Assembly (NCBI RefSeq): GCF_018977255.1
Contig: NW_024704743.1
Coordinates: 22,880,001-22,944,000 of the forward strand
Reading direction: 5' to 3'
DNA length: 64,000 nt
Source: Callorhinchus milii
Lineage: Eukaryota
Position numbers and translations under genes: made by a program. Within the stretch, counting starts at the first letter, position 1; each line of letters opens with the position of its first letter. Of the stretch, positions 62,546 to 64,000 are shown in pieces. The notes under the pieces are model-generated. The model had not been told where the DNA came from. It made no database searches and saw only the letters and a program-made list of their open reading frames with translations.

Positions 62546-64000
62546 ATATAAATACAGACTCTCTTATAGATAGGAGAGATAGTACATCAATTTATACACA
62601 TAAAAGGGGGAGATTAGAGGAGCAACGTAGAGAGATAGAGGGAATATACACAGTATATAATATATATATAAGAAGACAGTAATATCGTGTGTGGATATAT
62701 GGGGGACAGAGGAGATTAAAGAGATAGGAGGAAAGTATATAGGTAAGGAACAGAGAGCGACAGTGAGATAGGAACAGAGAGAGATAGAGAACAGACTGAC
62801 TGGGGTCAGACACAGGTAGATCAGGAATAGAGAGAGACTCTCTAAATCCAAGTTGTTGTTGTTGTAGTAGAGGGAAACAGACGTGGGGGGGGGGGGGACA
62901 GGTAGAGAGATGGGTTAGTTAGATCAGCTTATGTGAGTCGGAGGCTGAGTAGAGGGTTGAAAGATAGAACTACATCGGAATAGAGATAGCAAGGAAATTA
63001 GAGAGGGATAGTGGGGAAGATTTAGGCGACAGAGAAAAAGAGCAATAGAAATCGAGAGAATAGAGGAAACAGAGATAGGAGAGGGAAAAAGGAAAGCGAG
63101 TCTGTTAAAGAGGGAGACAGTGGAAAGGAGCAGAAGGAATATAAAGAAAGAATTGAGGGAGAGAACACATTTAGAGAGAAAGACGGTCCAGAACAGGTTT
63201 GGCCGAAGAGATTGGGAGAAATAAAGGCGCTCTCAGGAGGGTAGATCTGCCACAAACCCAGAGCGAAAGAAGTTCAGTTGGAGGCTCAGTCACCTCACTA
63301 GGTAACATCATGTTGGCTTGTCTTTCACGCTCGGTTGGATTGGTTCTAGGCAGAACAAAATGTTACATTTTGAAAATAAGTTTCTGAAATAAATAATTCT
63401 TAAATTGCTTGAGACATAATTCGAGATGGCACCGCAAAAAAGGAATCTCTAAACGTTGATTCACGTATCTGCTAACATCTCAATGTCATTCTTATACTTG
63501 TGTAATGACATCGATCAAGTCTCTGAGTCTTCACATTCTCGGTTTCCAACTTTGCTATGTCGAGTTGGATCTCGGTAATGCCTACGCAACTTGAAGAACC
63601 AACTTCAAGGGGAATCTGACTGCATCTGGAACCGTTCGAAAACATTTGTTGTACATTGTTGTGTCCCTCGAAGCAAATCTTAATGTAAAAGTGATTTGAT
63701 GCTATCTTAGAGTTTCCAAATCTTAGTCCGTACTGAGCCCCCAAATTCAACAGCCGCCTTGCACTTATATAGCGCACTTCATGCAGGATAGGGCCTTGGA
63801 GAACTGTAGTGACAGGATTGGACACTGAGGAAGGGAGAGGTGACCGTATGCGCAGTCAATGAGAGAGGCATAGAATGGGATCCAAAGGTAGATAAAGAGA
63901 GGGTGAGATGGAGGAACTGTGGCAGGGAGTTGCAGAAATTAGAGGAGTAGTGGCCCTAACCTGACCAGCAAACTAACCGGCTTCCTCTCTCTAATATACA

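Noticed and set aside
57900..64000. C7orf25 coding exon downstream of PSMA2
   Set aside because: No matching peptide in the window; only a speculative promoter is reported.

Overview
Vertebrate nuclear DNA, repeat-rich and AT-rich except for a CpG island at about 45.9-48.1 kb. The L2/CR1/Deu-type SINE/tRNA-SINE repertoire suggests a cartilaginous fish, probably a chimaera; this is inferred, not shown. Two complete spliced genes sit head-to-head with 480 bp between their ATGs: MRPL32 (- strand, 3 coding exons, 178 aa) and PSMA2 (+ strand, 8 coding exons, 234 aa). All introns are GT-AG and the phases add up. I found no recognisable coding exon in 1-34 kb or 58-64 kb. The non-coding DNA is a layered record of transposons (L2, CR1, RTE, two SINE families, hAT and Tc1/pogo MITEs, fold-back elements), with purine-rich minisatellites near 62 kb. 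The most interesting observations are: (i) two Penelope-type minimal hammerhead-ribozyme motifs; (ii) an unclassified repeat present once inside and once outside the CpG island, with very different CpG decay; (iii) a young SINE subfamily carrying the L2 3' stem-loop; (iv) nested palindromic elements at 3.3-4.1 and 10.5 kb; (v) a candidate RFX/X-box promoter at about 61 kb. I see no firm evidence of an entirely new protein-coding system. Repeat boundaries were read by eye and are approximate.
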